Positions 12,409 to 25,149 of a stretch of DNA of 64,000 nucleotides are shown here, one piece after another. The stretch's first letter is position 1. Each line of letters begins with the position of its first letter. A program made the position numbers and the translations under genes. Under the pieces are notes generated by a model. It was not told the origin of the DNA. It saw only the letters and a list, made by a program, of their open reading frames with translations, and ran no database searches. The stretch is from Octopus vulgaris. Its lineage: Eukaryota. The stretch covers positions 30,938,001 through 31,002,000 of the forward strand of contig OX597827.1 of the NCBI GenBank assembly GCA_951406725.2, given 5' to 3'.

Positions 12409-12739
12409 TACATCATCATTATCATCGTTTAACGTCTGTTTTCCATGATAGCATGGGTTGGACGGACAGTCAGACCGGGGTCTGGGAAGCCAGGAGGCTG
12501 CACCAGGCTCCAGTCTGATCTGGCAGTGTTTCTACAGCTGGATGGCCTTCCTAACACCAACCACTCCGTGAGTGTAGTGGGTGCTTTTTACGTGCCAGGC
12601 GAGGCTAGCAATGGCCACAATTGGTTGGTGCTTTTTACGTGTCACCGGCACAGGTATCACAACTACAATTTCCATTTGATATGTATATACACACATCAGT
12701 TAAAACATTCACTGGTATTAAGGTATGTGTGTATATATA

Positions 12740-13949
12740 TAGGGTGTATCAGTTTTATTTTTAGGTCATTTATGTGAATGTGAATTTAGTAAAAGATGCA
12801 TGGCTTGTCAAAGAAAAACTGTATTTGAAAACAAATTGGTAGAAATAATCTTGATAATTCTTATATCAGACCTATTCAATGAATCCACCGTTAGCATCGA
12901 TGGATGCTTTGGGACGGGGTCAGAAGCATTGACATGCTTGAATCAGATATTATTCATCAATTTGGAAAGAGCCCTGGTTATAGAGGACTATGAGATTGTA
13001 TGGTATTATAGGGGTGTTGATTGACCTCTCTCTCTCTCTCTTGACTATGCCCCATATGGAATAGTCCAATGGATTGATGTCTGGTAAGCTAGGAGGCCAT
13101 GTATCTGGGAGAACACCATCAAGGAGATCAGTATGCATCCATGCTCGGGTTGATGGTGCAGAGGCTTGTTGGAAGACATAGTCTTCTGTTGCATGATCTG
13201 TCTATCTGGGGCCTTACAACTTTTCCCAACATCTCTGTGTAGACAGCAGCATTGATTCTTAAACCCTGTGATAAAATGTGAAGAGGTATGACATCATCTC
13301 AAAACCATCACAGTTGCTGGGAACATCATTCAGGTCTCTTCATAACCATCTGTTGTTCCTTTGGTTTACTTTTTCATCTTGATAAAAGTTTTTTTCATTG
13401 GAGAAAAACCAAAGAATCCTAGGCTCTTGGAGTTTTAACTTGTTTAGCAAACATTTTGCATGGATTGAAAGATTCTTTTTTTTTCACATCCAACATAAAC
13501 TGACCCCTCTGCATCACATACAACTTGTACCAGACTTCGTTATGCACAGCTCCTCTGATAGTACATTCTAGAAGCCTGAGGGCCTTTGTAATGGCTCTGT
13601 TTAACTTTCTAGGGGATTTTTCTTGATTATTTCTTGAATTTTTGGTATTGTGTTCTGATGGCATAAGAATCCTGGCATGCATTTTGAATTTAGTTGCCGA
13701 TGTTGGGTCCCTGTTAGTCGCTTCCAGCTCCTTTTGATCTTTGACAATGAAGGACCAGGCAACTTTCAGGAAGTCAGCTATTTCTGTGTCACTATGTTGC
13801 ACCTTTAAGGCAACGATTACAATGCCTTTTCATTTGCTGAGTCAACATGATGTCTGATGTTATTTATCTGAAAAGGTGAAAGAAATTAATAATTTACATA
13901 TAAGTTAGAGTTCTTGAAAGAGTTGTCCACAACACACTGATGCACTCTG
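12740..13949 (-). mobile_element. Decayed Tc1/mariner-superfamily transposon (maT/DD37D-like)
   Basis: WPPSLPDINPLDYSIWG motif (ORF 12950-13138) and an HTH-like N-terminal fragment (13419-13802). Imperfect TIRs agggtgtatcagt / actgatgcactct in a TA context. Confidence 0.75.
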
Positions 13950-14930
13950 CATAGATATAGGGGCTTCTTTCAGTTTCCATCTACCAATACTACTCGCTAT
14001 AATTTGGTTAGCCTGAGGCTATAAAAGAAGACACCCAAGGTGCTATACGGTGGGACTGAACTTGAAACCATGTGTTTGGGAAGCAAATTTCTTAACTACA
14101 CAGCTATGCCTGTAGCTATATCTTCTATTAGGAAAAGAAAAGTGGGGGATGTATCAGGTATTGTAGTTGTATGTCCCTTATAAAAAAAGATGGGATAGTC
14201 AGTTGAAATGATTTGTAATCATAGGTCTACTACTTCAGGGTTGGCCTAGGGTTAAGCAACAACAACAACAACAACAACAACCTCTTTATGGTTAAGTGTT
14301 TCAGTTTCTTGACCATAAATGACTAAATTAACAAGCTGCTGGATAACCTGCAATGGTCAGTAGCTAAGGTTTTAATTACTGAATGGCCTAATTAACTTGG
14401 CTAAGAGAATAAATTATTCAGAGATGCTATCATCCTTGTTGTCAATGCCGTCATCATTGTCATTGTGATCATCATCATTTAACATCTGTTTCCCTTGCTG
14501 GTATGGGTTGGACGATTTGACTGGAGCTGTCAAGCCAGAGGGCTTCACCAGCCTCCAACGCATGGTTTCTACGGCTGGATGCTCTTCCTAATATCAGCCA
14601 TTTTACAGTGTGTGTTGGGTGCTTTCTATGTGATGCAGGCACAGGTGCTTTTCATGTGGTACCCACACTGGCACCAGTATAGGTGCTTCCTACATGGTAC
14701 ATTTTACAAGAAAAGCAATAGTTAAGTCAGTGTGTACATATTAAAAACAGCATTAAAAACTTAATTAGAAATGATTATGTGGTATGGAAAAGACGGTTTT
14801 GGCTAATGATTAATATTGTTCACATTATTCTAATAAGTATGGCAGACAACTCTAGACATGTTTTGGTCTTATTAGACCTTCTCTGAGCAATCATAAACTT
14901 CACTGTACTTTCTGGGGTAGTACTGTAGTA

Positions 14931-16159
14931 TTGGGTCCGCCCATAAATAATGCATTTTTTTAATACTTCTTTTATTTTTCAAAATCAAGATAAACAAATT
15001 TCTTTTTTAAAATATTCTCTCCTTCATCTTCTTCAATGCTCTTCCATCTGTCTGGTTGACTTGCAAGGTCCCTTTTCCACACTTCACTTGTCTGTGACGG
15101 AAAATACTCTTCTAGTACTGTTCTGACCTCATCTACAGGATTCATATTTTTTCCTGTCCAAATTATTTTGAAGACTGCAGAATAAATGATAATCAGATGG
15201 GGCAATGTCTGGTGAATATGGTGGGTGGGAGCCTTTAGAATGTCATTCTTGCTGTATGTGGTCGAACATTATCCTGATGGAAGAACATTTTTCATCTTGA
15301 AACCAAAGATGGTTGTTTTTCTTCTAGCACTGACTTAATCTGCTCAAGCTGCTCACAGTAGATCTTTCTTGTTGTTTTGATTGGGTGGACTAAACCTTTC
15401 ATATCCCACCAAACAGATAACACCTTACATGGGCGAAGACCTTCTTTAGTCTGGTGTGGCACTGTTTCTCCTTTCCCTACCCACTATCTTCAGTGCTTGA
15501 CATTTTTATAGAGAACCCAGTTCTCATCACCAGTCACTATTCAGTCCAAAAGGTTCATTCGTGACAGCAAAGAAGAGCACACATTCACTCTCTGTGTGCA
15601 ATTAGAATCAGAAAATCTATGAGGAACCCATTGACCCAATTGGCTGACTTTTCTGATGGCACGCAAGTGTTGATGAATGGTTGAATGACCATATCCAAGC
15701 TTCTCTGCTAGTTCCTCAATAGTTTCGATGAGATTTTGTTTGACCAGGGTTTGCAGGATGTCCTTGTTGAGCTCTACAGATCTTCTAAGATGAGGCTCAT
15801 CTTCTAGGCTGTCGTTTCTAGCTCAGAATTTCTGGAACCACTGTTGACATTGGCTTATACTTATTGTCTGATTCCCATATACTGCATTAATATTCCTCGC
15901 ACTTTCTGTTGTGTTGTTGCTGTTATTGAACTCATAAAGCAAAATATGCCGAATATGCTCCTTTGTCACTTCCATTATAGCATTGAAAAAATAACTGTTA
16001 AAATTGAGCTGCACTCTTCAAAACTTGCACAAAGAATAAGATTATGGTAAAATTACTACCTGCTTTTATAGCAAGTTGATGCAGGTAGTTTATCCTGTCC
16101 CCCTCCAACTTTTAGTTCATGCAATTGAAAAAAACAGCATTATTTATGGGATGACCCAA
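14931..16159 (-). mobile_element. Decayed full-length mariner (DD34D-type) element
   Basis: TIRs ttgggtccgcccataaataatgc / gcattatttatgggatgacccaa with TA on both sides. N-terminus HIRHILLYEF..ARNINAVYG..CQQWFQKF; C-terminal remnant in ORF 14972-15205. Confidence 0.88.
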
Positions 16160-16335
16160 TACATAGGTGCAGGCATGGTTGTGTGGTAAGAAGTTTATTT
16201 CTCAACCACATGGTTCTGGGTTCAGTCCTACTTGAGAGATGCATGGCATCTTGTGCAAGTGTCTTTCACTATAACCTCAGGCCAACCAAAGCCTTGTGAG
16301 TGAATTCAGTAGACAAAAACTGAAAGAAGCCTGTC

Positions 16336-16367
<32 letters not shown>

Positions 16368-17818
16368 CTTTCCCTGCTGGTATAGGTTGGACAGTTTGAT
16401 TGAGAGCTGGCAAGCCAGAAGGCTGCCCCAGGCTCCTATCTGATTTGGCAATGTTTCTACAGCTGGATACCCTTCCTACTACTTGGTGTGTTTACATCCC
16501 AATAACTTAGCGGTTCGGCAAAAGAGACTGATAGCGTAAACACCAGGATTAAGAAAAAAAATAAGTACCAGGTTTGTTTTGTTCAACTAAAATTCTTCAA
16601 GGCTGTGCCCCAGCATGACCGCGAAGTAATGACTGAAGCAATTTTAAAAATAAATAATGATGAGAGAATCAATAAATACCTGAACAATATTGCACAAGAT
16701 CAGGCATGAAAAATTAACAAATTGTTTGAGAATAAATTATTCAGAGATGACAGAACCACAGGAAAAGAACAACTCACCTTTGTAAGCAGCAACAGCAGCA
16801 AGATATGGTGAGGTGAACGAGGGATTTGTCTACTTGTAGTACCAAATTCAAGTGCCGTCTCATTGGCACCCATGCTGGTGGCATGTAAAAAGCACCATTC
16901 AAGTGTGGCCGATGCCAGTACCGCTTGACAGGCTCCCATGCCAGTGGCAAGTAAAAAGCACCCACTAAACTCTTGGAGTGGTTGGCGTTAGGAAGGGCAT
17001 CCAGCTGTAGAAACTTTGCCAGATTGTATTGGAGTCTGGTGCAGCCTTCTGGCTCGCCAGCCCTCAGTCAAACCGTCCAACCCATGCCAGCATGGAAAGC
17101 AGATGTTAAACGACGACAATGATCATGATGAGTGTTGTCAAGTTTATCTTTCTTCAGATACACACTAAAACGTGGCAAAAGAATAGCACCTCAGCATGGT
17201 TTTTCTCAAGCCTTTTCCAAATTATTTTTAATGGTTTTGTTTGGCGGAAAGAGAGATGAGAAATGATGAGTATGTTGGGAGTGCCTGAGTGGAAGAGACA
17301 CAAGAACAGCCAATTCTGAGGAACATTGTTGTAGCAATTGGAAAGACAAAGCAGACAGCACACCTAAGAGTCAACAGTCAGAGAATGTCCATGAGCGATT
17401 TAACAGTAATAAGCTGAATGACCAGTGTCTCTGGGATGTGTGAGTGAAGTTGCAGGTTTTATAGAGTGTGTTTGTGTATAGGTGAGCTGCTAGATGCAGG
17501 AGGAAAGAGTGAGAGAAAGTTATGGCAAAAGAGTCAGCAGAAGTTCGCCATTACCTTCTGCTGGAGTCGCATGGAGCTTAGGTGTTTTGCTCATAAATAC
17601 ACACATCGCTCGGTCTGAGATTCAAAACTGTAATCCCTTGACCGCGAGTCCGCTGCTCTAATCACTAGGCCATGTGCCTCCCCTTTATAGAGTGTGGGCA
17701 ATTGCTGTGGGTGAAATATTTTCTGACCCTAATGGATGCAGATTTTATATACTCTTACATAGGAGTAGTTAAGTTGATTACATCAACCCCAGTATATAAC
17801 TGATACAAATTTTATTAA

Positions 17819-18244
17819 AAGGCGGTGAGCTGGCAGAAACGTTAGCATGCTGGGTGAAATGCTTATTGGTATTTCGTCTGCCATTACGTTCTGAGTTCAA
17901 ATTCCACCGAGGTTGACTTTGCCTTTCATCCTTTCGGGGTCGATAAATTAAGTACCAGTTATGCACTGGGGTCGATGTAATTGACTTAATCCCTGTCCCC
18001 TCTATGTTTAGCCTCTTGTGGGCAATAAAGAAATAAGAAACATTAGCATGCCGGGCGAAATGCTTAGAGGTATTTCATCTGCCACTACATTCTGAGTTCA
18101 AATTCCGCCATGGTTGACTTGTCTTTTCACCCTTTCGGGGTTGATTAAATAAGTACCAGTTACACACTGGGGTTGATATAATCGACTTAATCCGTTTGTC
18201 TGTCCTTGTTTGTCCCCTCTGTGTGTAGCCCCAGTAAAGAAATA
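17819..18244 (+). mobile_element. Tandem pair of tRNA-derived SINEs (family B, Meta/MESC-like central domain)
   Basis: Head ggcggtgagctggcagaaacgttagc, B-box gagttcaaattcc, central gcctttcatcctttcggggtcgataaattaagtacc, tail aaagaaata. The same family occurs at 39136-39368(-), 52845-52990(+), 57155-57370(-), 58897-59110(-), 59159-59375(+) and 59826-60058(-). Confidence 0.8.
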
Positions 18245-18399
18245 AGATACTTATTTTATTGACCCTGAAAAGATGATAGGCAAAGTCGACCTTAGTAGAT
18301 TTTGAATTCAGGATGGAAGGACAGACGAAATGTCACTGAGCATTTTTCCAGGCTATGCTAAGAATATGTTTTCACCATGAGATGTCCTCTGAGATAATG

Positions 18400-19200
18400 A
18401 CACTCAGCATTTGGAGTGAATTGCAGGAGCTGTAGTTGGGTGTCACTTTAGCTCAGTGGCAGTGTGGTGTGATGGTGTTTCCTTGAGTTTGTTGTTGTTG
18501 TCAATGCTAAAAGAGACAAGATTGACATTACCCTTGCTGGAAGATACTCTCTGGGTTTCTATTCATGGAATCAGTTCAGCTTTGTTGTGTAGTGTCTAGG
18601 TTGTGTGTGGAATGAAGTATGGTTGGGGAAGTTTAGGAAGGAATGAAGGGAAATAACAGTTGCATAAGCGTTGGTATTAGCAGACATTTTGTATGAAAGA
18701 AGACCCAGAGGTAACACGTAGGCCATTGATGTATGGAAGGAGGAGAGTGAGGAACAATAATTGAACCCCTAAGGGATACTAGAGTTGATTGAGAGTGGGA
18801 TGGAAAGGGTTCAAATCAATGCATGCCATAATGGCACAACCTGATACGAAGGTGGGAGATGAGTGGGATCCGTAAGCAAGAAGTTTTGAAAGAAGATTCC
18901 CATGGTAGACATAGTTGAAGGCTTTACTGATGTCTAAAGAAAGAAGCTGGCTTTAACTAAACTTCTGTGAAAAGAGAGCATATTGATGAGTAACATGGGA
19001 GAGGTGATCTGCAATGGATCTGGCTCTATGGATGCTGCACAAGTGGTCAGTAAGGAGAGAGTATAAAAGTGAGTGAGATTCAACATATTGGAGACTCTCC
19101 TTGTTAATCTCCATTACTTTAGAACAATAGCTCCTAACAATTTGTTGCACCTCCCCCATCTCTTTTAGGTAACTGTTATGCCAAATGCTCACCTGTGTGG
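18400..19200 (-). pseudogene. Heavily decayed Jockey/CR1-type reverse transcriptase fragment
   Basis: Minus-strand translation gives SLDISKAFNYVYHGNLLSKLLAYG (compare LDISKAFDRVWH..LL.KL..YG), followed by a degenerate PQGS-like segment. Confidence 0.6.
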
Positions 19201-19758
19201 TGAGCGTTTGACATTATTATTAAACTAACTCAACATGAATGATAATCTATAGATTTTACTCTAAAGATGGACTGCATAAGCTTTTAACAATGAAATGTTA
19301 AAAAATTAAAAGACAAAAGTTGCAAATTTACTTTTGGCTGTGTGGTAAGCAGCTTGTTTACCAACCACATGGTTCCAGGTTCAGGTCCCACCATGCAGCA
19401 CTTCGGGCAAGTGTCTTCTACTATAACCTCAGACTGACCAAAATCTTGTGAATGGATTTGGTAGGTGGAAACTGAAAGAAGCCCATCATATATATATATA
19501 TATATGTGTGTGTGTATGTGTTTATCCCCCCATCATCGCTTGACAACCGATGTTGGTGTGTTTACGTCACCATTACTTAGCAGTTCGGCAAAAGGGACCG
19601 ATAGAATACACACTAGGCTTACAAAGAATAAGCCCTGGGGTCGATGTGTTCAACTAAAGGTGGTGCTCCAGCATGGCCTCAGTCAAGCTAATGAATTCCC
19701 TGTGCCTGACGAGATCTCATTTTATTTTAATAACCGTTACTAGTTTTATCACGATTTA

Positions 19759-20293
19759 TTAGGTTGAGGAAAAAGTTTGTGCACCATGTTAAAATAATGA
19801 TTTTTTATGTAAAAATTTATTCAAAAACAACAATTATTCTTCAAAATAAAGACCATCATATTCCACAACCTTCTGCCAAAGATCTGCAAGCTTTTGGATT
19901 TGGTCAAAGTACCAATCCTTTGGCTTTGAATTCAAAAATTCTTGACAGGCTTCTTCAACTTCATTGAATGACTCAAATAGGTGACCTTTCATAAAGTGCT
20001 GCACTGATTGGAAGAGACCATAGTCAGATGGAACAACATCTGGACTATTGGCCAAATGCAGCAGAACTTCAACATCATCCAATACTTCTTTCTTGTTGCT
20101 GGTCTTTCTGGTGGTATGCGGCTTTCCACTGTCTTATCAAAACAAAGTGCATTTTCGACGAACAAGTCTTGTGTACATACATAGAGTGACCCTCCATTGA
20201 GTACGACATGAACTGAATGAACACACACCACAAAAATATATAAAAAATAAAGCATGATTTTAACACAGTGCACAAACTTTTTCCTCAATCTAA
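19759..20293 (-). mobile_element. Internally deleted mariner element
   Basis: About 45-bp TIRs ttaggttgaggaaaaagtttgtgcac / gtgcacaaactttttcctcaatctaa with TA on both sides. C-terminal transposase NSPDVVPSDYGLF..WQKVVEYDGLYFEE. Confidence 0.9.
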
Positions 20294-20296
20294 TAA

Positions 20297-20589
20297 TTTG
20301 TTGTTGTTTGTTCCTCTTCTCGAGCCATGCCTGGCTTATAAGGGCCGATTTCCTAGTTTCCTTGCCGTATAGGTTACCCCACCTGGACGGGATGCCGGTC
20401 CGTCGCAGGTGAGCTGCAAGATGCAGGAGGAAAGAGTGAGAGAAAGTTGTGGTGAAAGAGTCAGCAGTTCGCCATTACCTTCTGCCGGAGCTTAGGTGTT
20501 TCGTTCATAAACACACACATCACCTTGTCTGAGATTCGAACCCACAATCCCTCGACCGCTGCTATAACCACTAGACCATGTGCCTCCAC
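20297..20589 (-). mobile_element. tRNA-derived SINE (family D, V-domain-like segment, (AAC)n tail)
   Basis: Minus strand: ggaggcacatggtctagtggttatagc head, gttcgaatc B-box, cctgcgacggaccggcatcccgtccagg segment. Related copies at 17480-17681 and 58436-58723. Confidence 0.75.
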
Positions 20590-21472
20590 ATAATCTAATA
20601 ATTACTACTATAGGTAAAATTTAGTATGCTAATTACGTTACTTTAATCACCCATTAAAATTCTAATCCTCCTCTCAATATGCCCAGTTCCCCCTTTGGAG
20701 CACCACCCACATTAAGAACCTCTGCCTTAGACTATTAGAAGTGAGTGTAAAAGAGCAATAGCTGCAGGGTGAGAGCTGTTGCTTTCAACTCTGCTAACTA
20801 TTGCACTCATTTCTAATATTATTCTAAAGTACCCTGGAGAGTGCTTTCAAATGTCAGAGTATATACCTGTAATAATTGAGAAATTACAGTTTGGTAAGTA
20901 TAGGAACAAGTTCTGTGGTGCAAGGCATGGGACCATGGGGGTAGGTGGCAGAGGCAGTATGGGTCATGAAAAGAGAAGAGATCATTTTAATTGTGGTAGC
21001 TGAGCCGAACCATCCTCAAATCAGTCTATCATCTTAGAAAAGAAAAATGAGTGGTGCACTTAGATATGATGGTCCTAGATGTCCTGTTGAGGAAAAGATA
21101 GGATGGTCATGGTTGGAATCCATTAATTGGCAAAGGTCTATACCAGTGGTTCTCAACCACTTTTTGGCTTGTGAATCCCTTAGATTTCTATTTTACTCAT
21201 TTAGTCATTCAATGTATATAAAATAAAATAAAATAAAGATTGGCTTTTGAAAGTGTGATCCAACCATAGACAAGTGAGATCATATTTAGACCCTCTTCTA
21301 CCACAAAGAACTTCAACCTCCACATATCATCATCATTTTGGTATGTTTGCATGGGCTAGAAAGAATTTGTTGTAACAAAATTTTCTGTAGTTGGATGCTC
21401 TTTATGCCACCAACCCTTGCCTGCTTTCAAGCAGGGTAATATTTCTCCTGGACCAGACATGTTTGTTTAGAA

Positions 21473-22462
21473 CAGTGATTCTCAACCATGTCTTGCCTAT
21501 GGACCCCTCTCATTCCCATTTTACTCCACTGGACCCCCATGTTAAAAAACAAAACACTATTATATTTTTATAATTGTTAGAAACTGTATAAAAAAGAAAT
21601 TGTTAAAATGATTTTACTCTTTTACTTGTTTCAGTCACTTGACTGCGGCCATGCTGGAGCACCGTCTTCAGTCAAGTAAATTGACCCCCAGAACTTATTC
21701 TTTGTAAGCCGAGCACTTATTCTATCAGTCTCTTTTGCCGAACTGCTAAGTTACGGGGACATAAACACACCACCATTGGTTGTCAAGCGATGTTGGGGGG
21801 ACAAACACATATATATATATACATATATGATGAGCTTCTTTCAGTTTCCATCTACCAAATCCACTCACAAGGCTTTGGTCGGCCCAAAGCTATAGTAGAA
21901 GATACATGCCCAAGGTGCCAAACAGTGGCGCTGAACCTGGAACCATGTGGTTGGTAATCAAGCTACATACCACACAGCTACTCCTGTGCCTTTTGTGTAT
22001 TACTCTCTTTCTCTTTTACTCATTGCAGTCATTTGACTGAGGCCATGCTGGAGCACCACCTTTAGTTGAGCAAATTGACCCCAGGACTTATTTTTTGTAA
22101 GCCTAGTACTTATTCTATCGGCTTCTTTTGCTGAACCGCTAAGTTACGGGGATGTAAACACACCAGCATCCATTGTCAAGCAATATTGGGGGAGGGGGGG
22201 AAACAGAGACACACATACATACGATGGGCTTCTTTCAGTTTCCATTTACCAAATCCACTCACAAGGCTTTGGTTGGCCCAAAGCTATAGTAGAAGATACT
22301 TGCCCAAGTTGCCACGCAGTGGGACTGAACCTAGAACCATGTGGTTGGTAAGCAAGCTACTTACCACACAGCCAAGTATAACAAATTGATTGCAGATAAA
22401 TTTTTTAACAAATTCTTCTATGGATCCCTAAGGTTCATACAGATCCCAGTAAAGAACTACTA
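21473..22462. mobile_element. hAT-type MITE interrupted by two SINEs
   Basis: Left end cagtgattctcaacc, degenerate right end gtaaagaactacta, 8-bp TSD gtttagaa (21465-21472) / gtctagaa (22463-22470). The interrupted host repeat is seen intact near 53590-53670. Confidence 0.65.
21613..22375 (-). mobile_element. Two tandem CORE-type tRNA-derived SINEs (family A)
   Basis: Head tggctgtgtggtaagtagc, gttcagtccc box, CORE-like gcaccttgggcaagtgtcttctactatagc, internal (TA/TG)n, tail ggtgctccagcatggccgcagtcaa..gactgaaacaagtaaaagag. Further copies at about 16163-16650(+), 19335-19690(+), 35570-35945(-), 39745-40110(-), 41857-42240(-), 56398-56910(+) and 57496-57905(+). Confidence 0.85.
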
Positions 22463-22559
22463 GTCTAGAAGACTGGAAACATGACACCACTTGTATGACG
22501 GTGATACTTGTTTACAACAATCACATGCACATATATTTGTATAGCTATATACAAATATA

Positions 22560-22857
22560 TGGAGGTGCAATGGCCCAGTGGTTAGGGCAGCGGACTTACG
22601 GTCGTAGGATCGCGGTTTCGATTCCCAGAACAGGTGTTGTGAGTGTTTATTGAGCGAAAACACCTAAACCTTCATGAGGCTCCCACAGGGGGTGGTGGCG
22701 AACCCTGCTGTACTCTTTCACCGCAACTTTCTTCTGTTGACCTGCTTGCTTAGCCAGCGGAGTGGCATCCTTTGAAGGCTAAAACAATGCAAAGCGCATT
22801 GTGACCAGCGATGTGTATCAACATCTGATAGCCTGGTCGGTCACGTAATCACGTGAT
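22560..22857 (+). mobile_element. tRNA-derived SINE (family C)
   Basis: tRNA-like head ggaggtgcaatggcccagtggttagggcagcggac...ggtttcgattccc, ending in tcacgtaatcacgtgat. A partial copy is at 61362-61524(-). Confidence 0.75.
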
Positions 22858-23830
22858 ATACAAACATATATGTGTTAGGCATAGGAAGAATTTGTTATAT
22901 GCAAGAGAGAATACTGCACTGGTTTGGTCATGTGATATGAATGGATGCTGACAGTTCCATAAAGAAGTGGTGATCTCTCAAAGTGGATGGAACATGTGGA
23001 AGTGAGAGACCCAGGATGACATGGAATGAAGTATTGCAGATTCTCCCAGGTGAAATGACGAAGGAGATACCTGGTGCCTGGTCATATTCAAGAAGACCCG
23101 TACCCTGCAGCAGGTGTTAAGACTGACTCTTCTGGTTGTGTAAAGCACCCATGGTAGTGCCACTTGAAAGAGCCTATGTGGTGACAAATAGAAGTGCCTG
23201 TGCAATGCCACATAAAAACATTCATTAAACTCTGTAAAGTGGTTGGTATTAGGAAGGGTATCCAGCTGTAGAAACCATGCCAAAGCAGACTTGAGTCTGG
23301 TGCACCCCGCCCACAACCAACTGCCAGCTCTGGTCACACCATCTAACCCATGCCAGCATGGACAACAGACGTTAAATGATGATGATTATATATATATATA
23401 TGTGTGTGTGTGTGCGTATATATATATATATATACATACATACACACACGTATGTACATGTGTATTAGGAAGGATGATAGCATTAGTTGTGATATGGATA
23501 AGAATAAAAACAAGAGAAAATACCACTTGGTGCTAGATTATGTCCCTTTGTGTCAAGGTTGTTTCGCTTCTCCTCCTTCTAAGATCAATAAAATAATGTA
23601 CTGAGTCAAAGGTTTCAATGCCCAATTAAAAGACGCACACAAACACAACACAACAGTGCCTCAGCATGACTTCAATCCTAAATGGTTGCAACCATCAAGA
23701 GAAAGACATGAATTCTACAGTTGACCCAGCTGTGGTTGACAAACATAATACAAAACAGGTGTTACATGTTGCATAGATTAAAGATCAAAAACAATGATTT
23801 AAAATAATGCAAAATAAATTCTGAACTAAA

Positions 23831-23836
23831 TTTATT
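23831..23836 (-). terminator. Candidate polyadenylation signal of the minus-strand gene
   Basis: tttatt on plus (AATAAA on minus) at the distal end of a transposon-free AT-rich stretch 1.3 kb after the stop codon. Confidence 0.3.
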
Positions 23837-24165
23837 CAAGAGTAATTTGAATACAGTCTATCACAACAATTGTTAGTTAAAATTTTTTTTGTCCTTTAGT
23901 AAGTTTTGTCGATAAGTTTTAAAACAAAAATAAAATTTAAAAAAGAAAAAAAAATTGGTCAGTATATTATTTCTTGCCTCTTTTGGTCAAGAGGGAGGGA
24001 AAAATAAAGACTGATATACAATTTTTCTTTTTTCATTTTTTTGGGGGCAATTTAAAAAAAAAAGATCTTAGGGATTTCTGATTTCATATATATAAAAAAT
24101 TAAACAGCATTAAAAAAATAAAGAGAAAAAGGCAAGCAAAACAACCAAACTATATATGTGTGTGA

Positions 24166-24203
<38 letters not shown>

Positions 24204-24990
24204 GTATGTGTATACATATACACACATATGTATATATAAGTACATGAATATGTACTTATATGTGCATATATATATATATATATGCACATATATGTATATA
24301 CATATATGTATGTACATATATATATATACACATACATATATGTATGCATATATATATGCATGTACATAAGTATATATACATATATGTAATCTATATGTGC
24401 ATATATATACATATATACACTTGTATATGTTTATCTCAACATATATGTAAATATATATATATATACACACATATATATATATGTATATTTATATATTATA
24501 AACATCTTAATACATGTTTGTGTGGGACTATGTGTCTTGTATACTATTATATGTGTGTTTGTATGTGTGTGCGCATGCATGTAAATACATGTTCTGTATC
24601 TATATAATCGTATGCATGAATGTGCTTATATTGATGATATATTTGAATTGTAACTTCAGTATTACAGACCTGTAAGATGTTGGTGATATATATGTGAGAA
24701 AGCAAGATATGTTTAGTGTAAACATGTACATATTTTAAAAAATGGGGTCCTTACTTCATTAAAAAAAAGAATCAGCCAAAATTGTTGTATGGAAACAGAT
24801 CAAAGATAGATAAGAGAAACCCCCCCCCCTCCACCAAAAAAAAACATCTCTTCTGATTTTTTGTCATTACAACAATTTTGCTGTTTCTTCATTTTCTTAT
24901 TTCGTTGTATTTTGCTGTATGTATACATGCACACACACATACATATATATAGATAATATGCATGTTTTATATATATATATGTAAAATGCA

Positions 24991-25033
<43 letters not shown>

Positions 25034-25149
25034 TATATATATATATATAATATGCATATAATATATATAAAGGATGCTCTAAGCACAGAACTTTCTTTAG
25101 TTAATACTCATTTCCATGTCTAGTAAGAGACTGGGAAGTATCATTTTTA

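Noticed and set aside
22560-22635. tRNA gene
   Set aside because: The tRNA-like head continues into a SINE body found several times in the window, and the acceptor stem is not intact.
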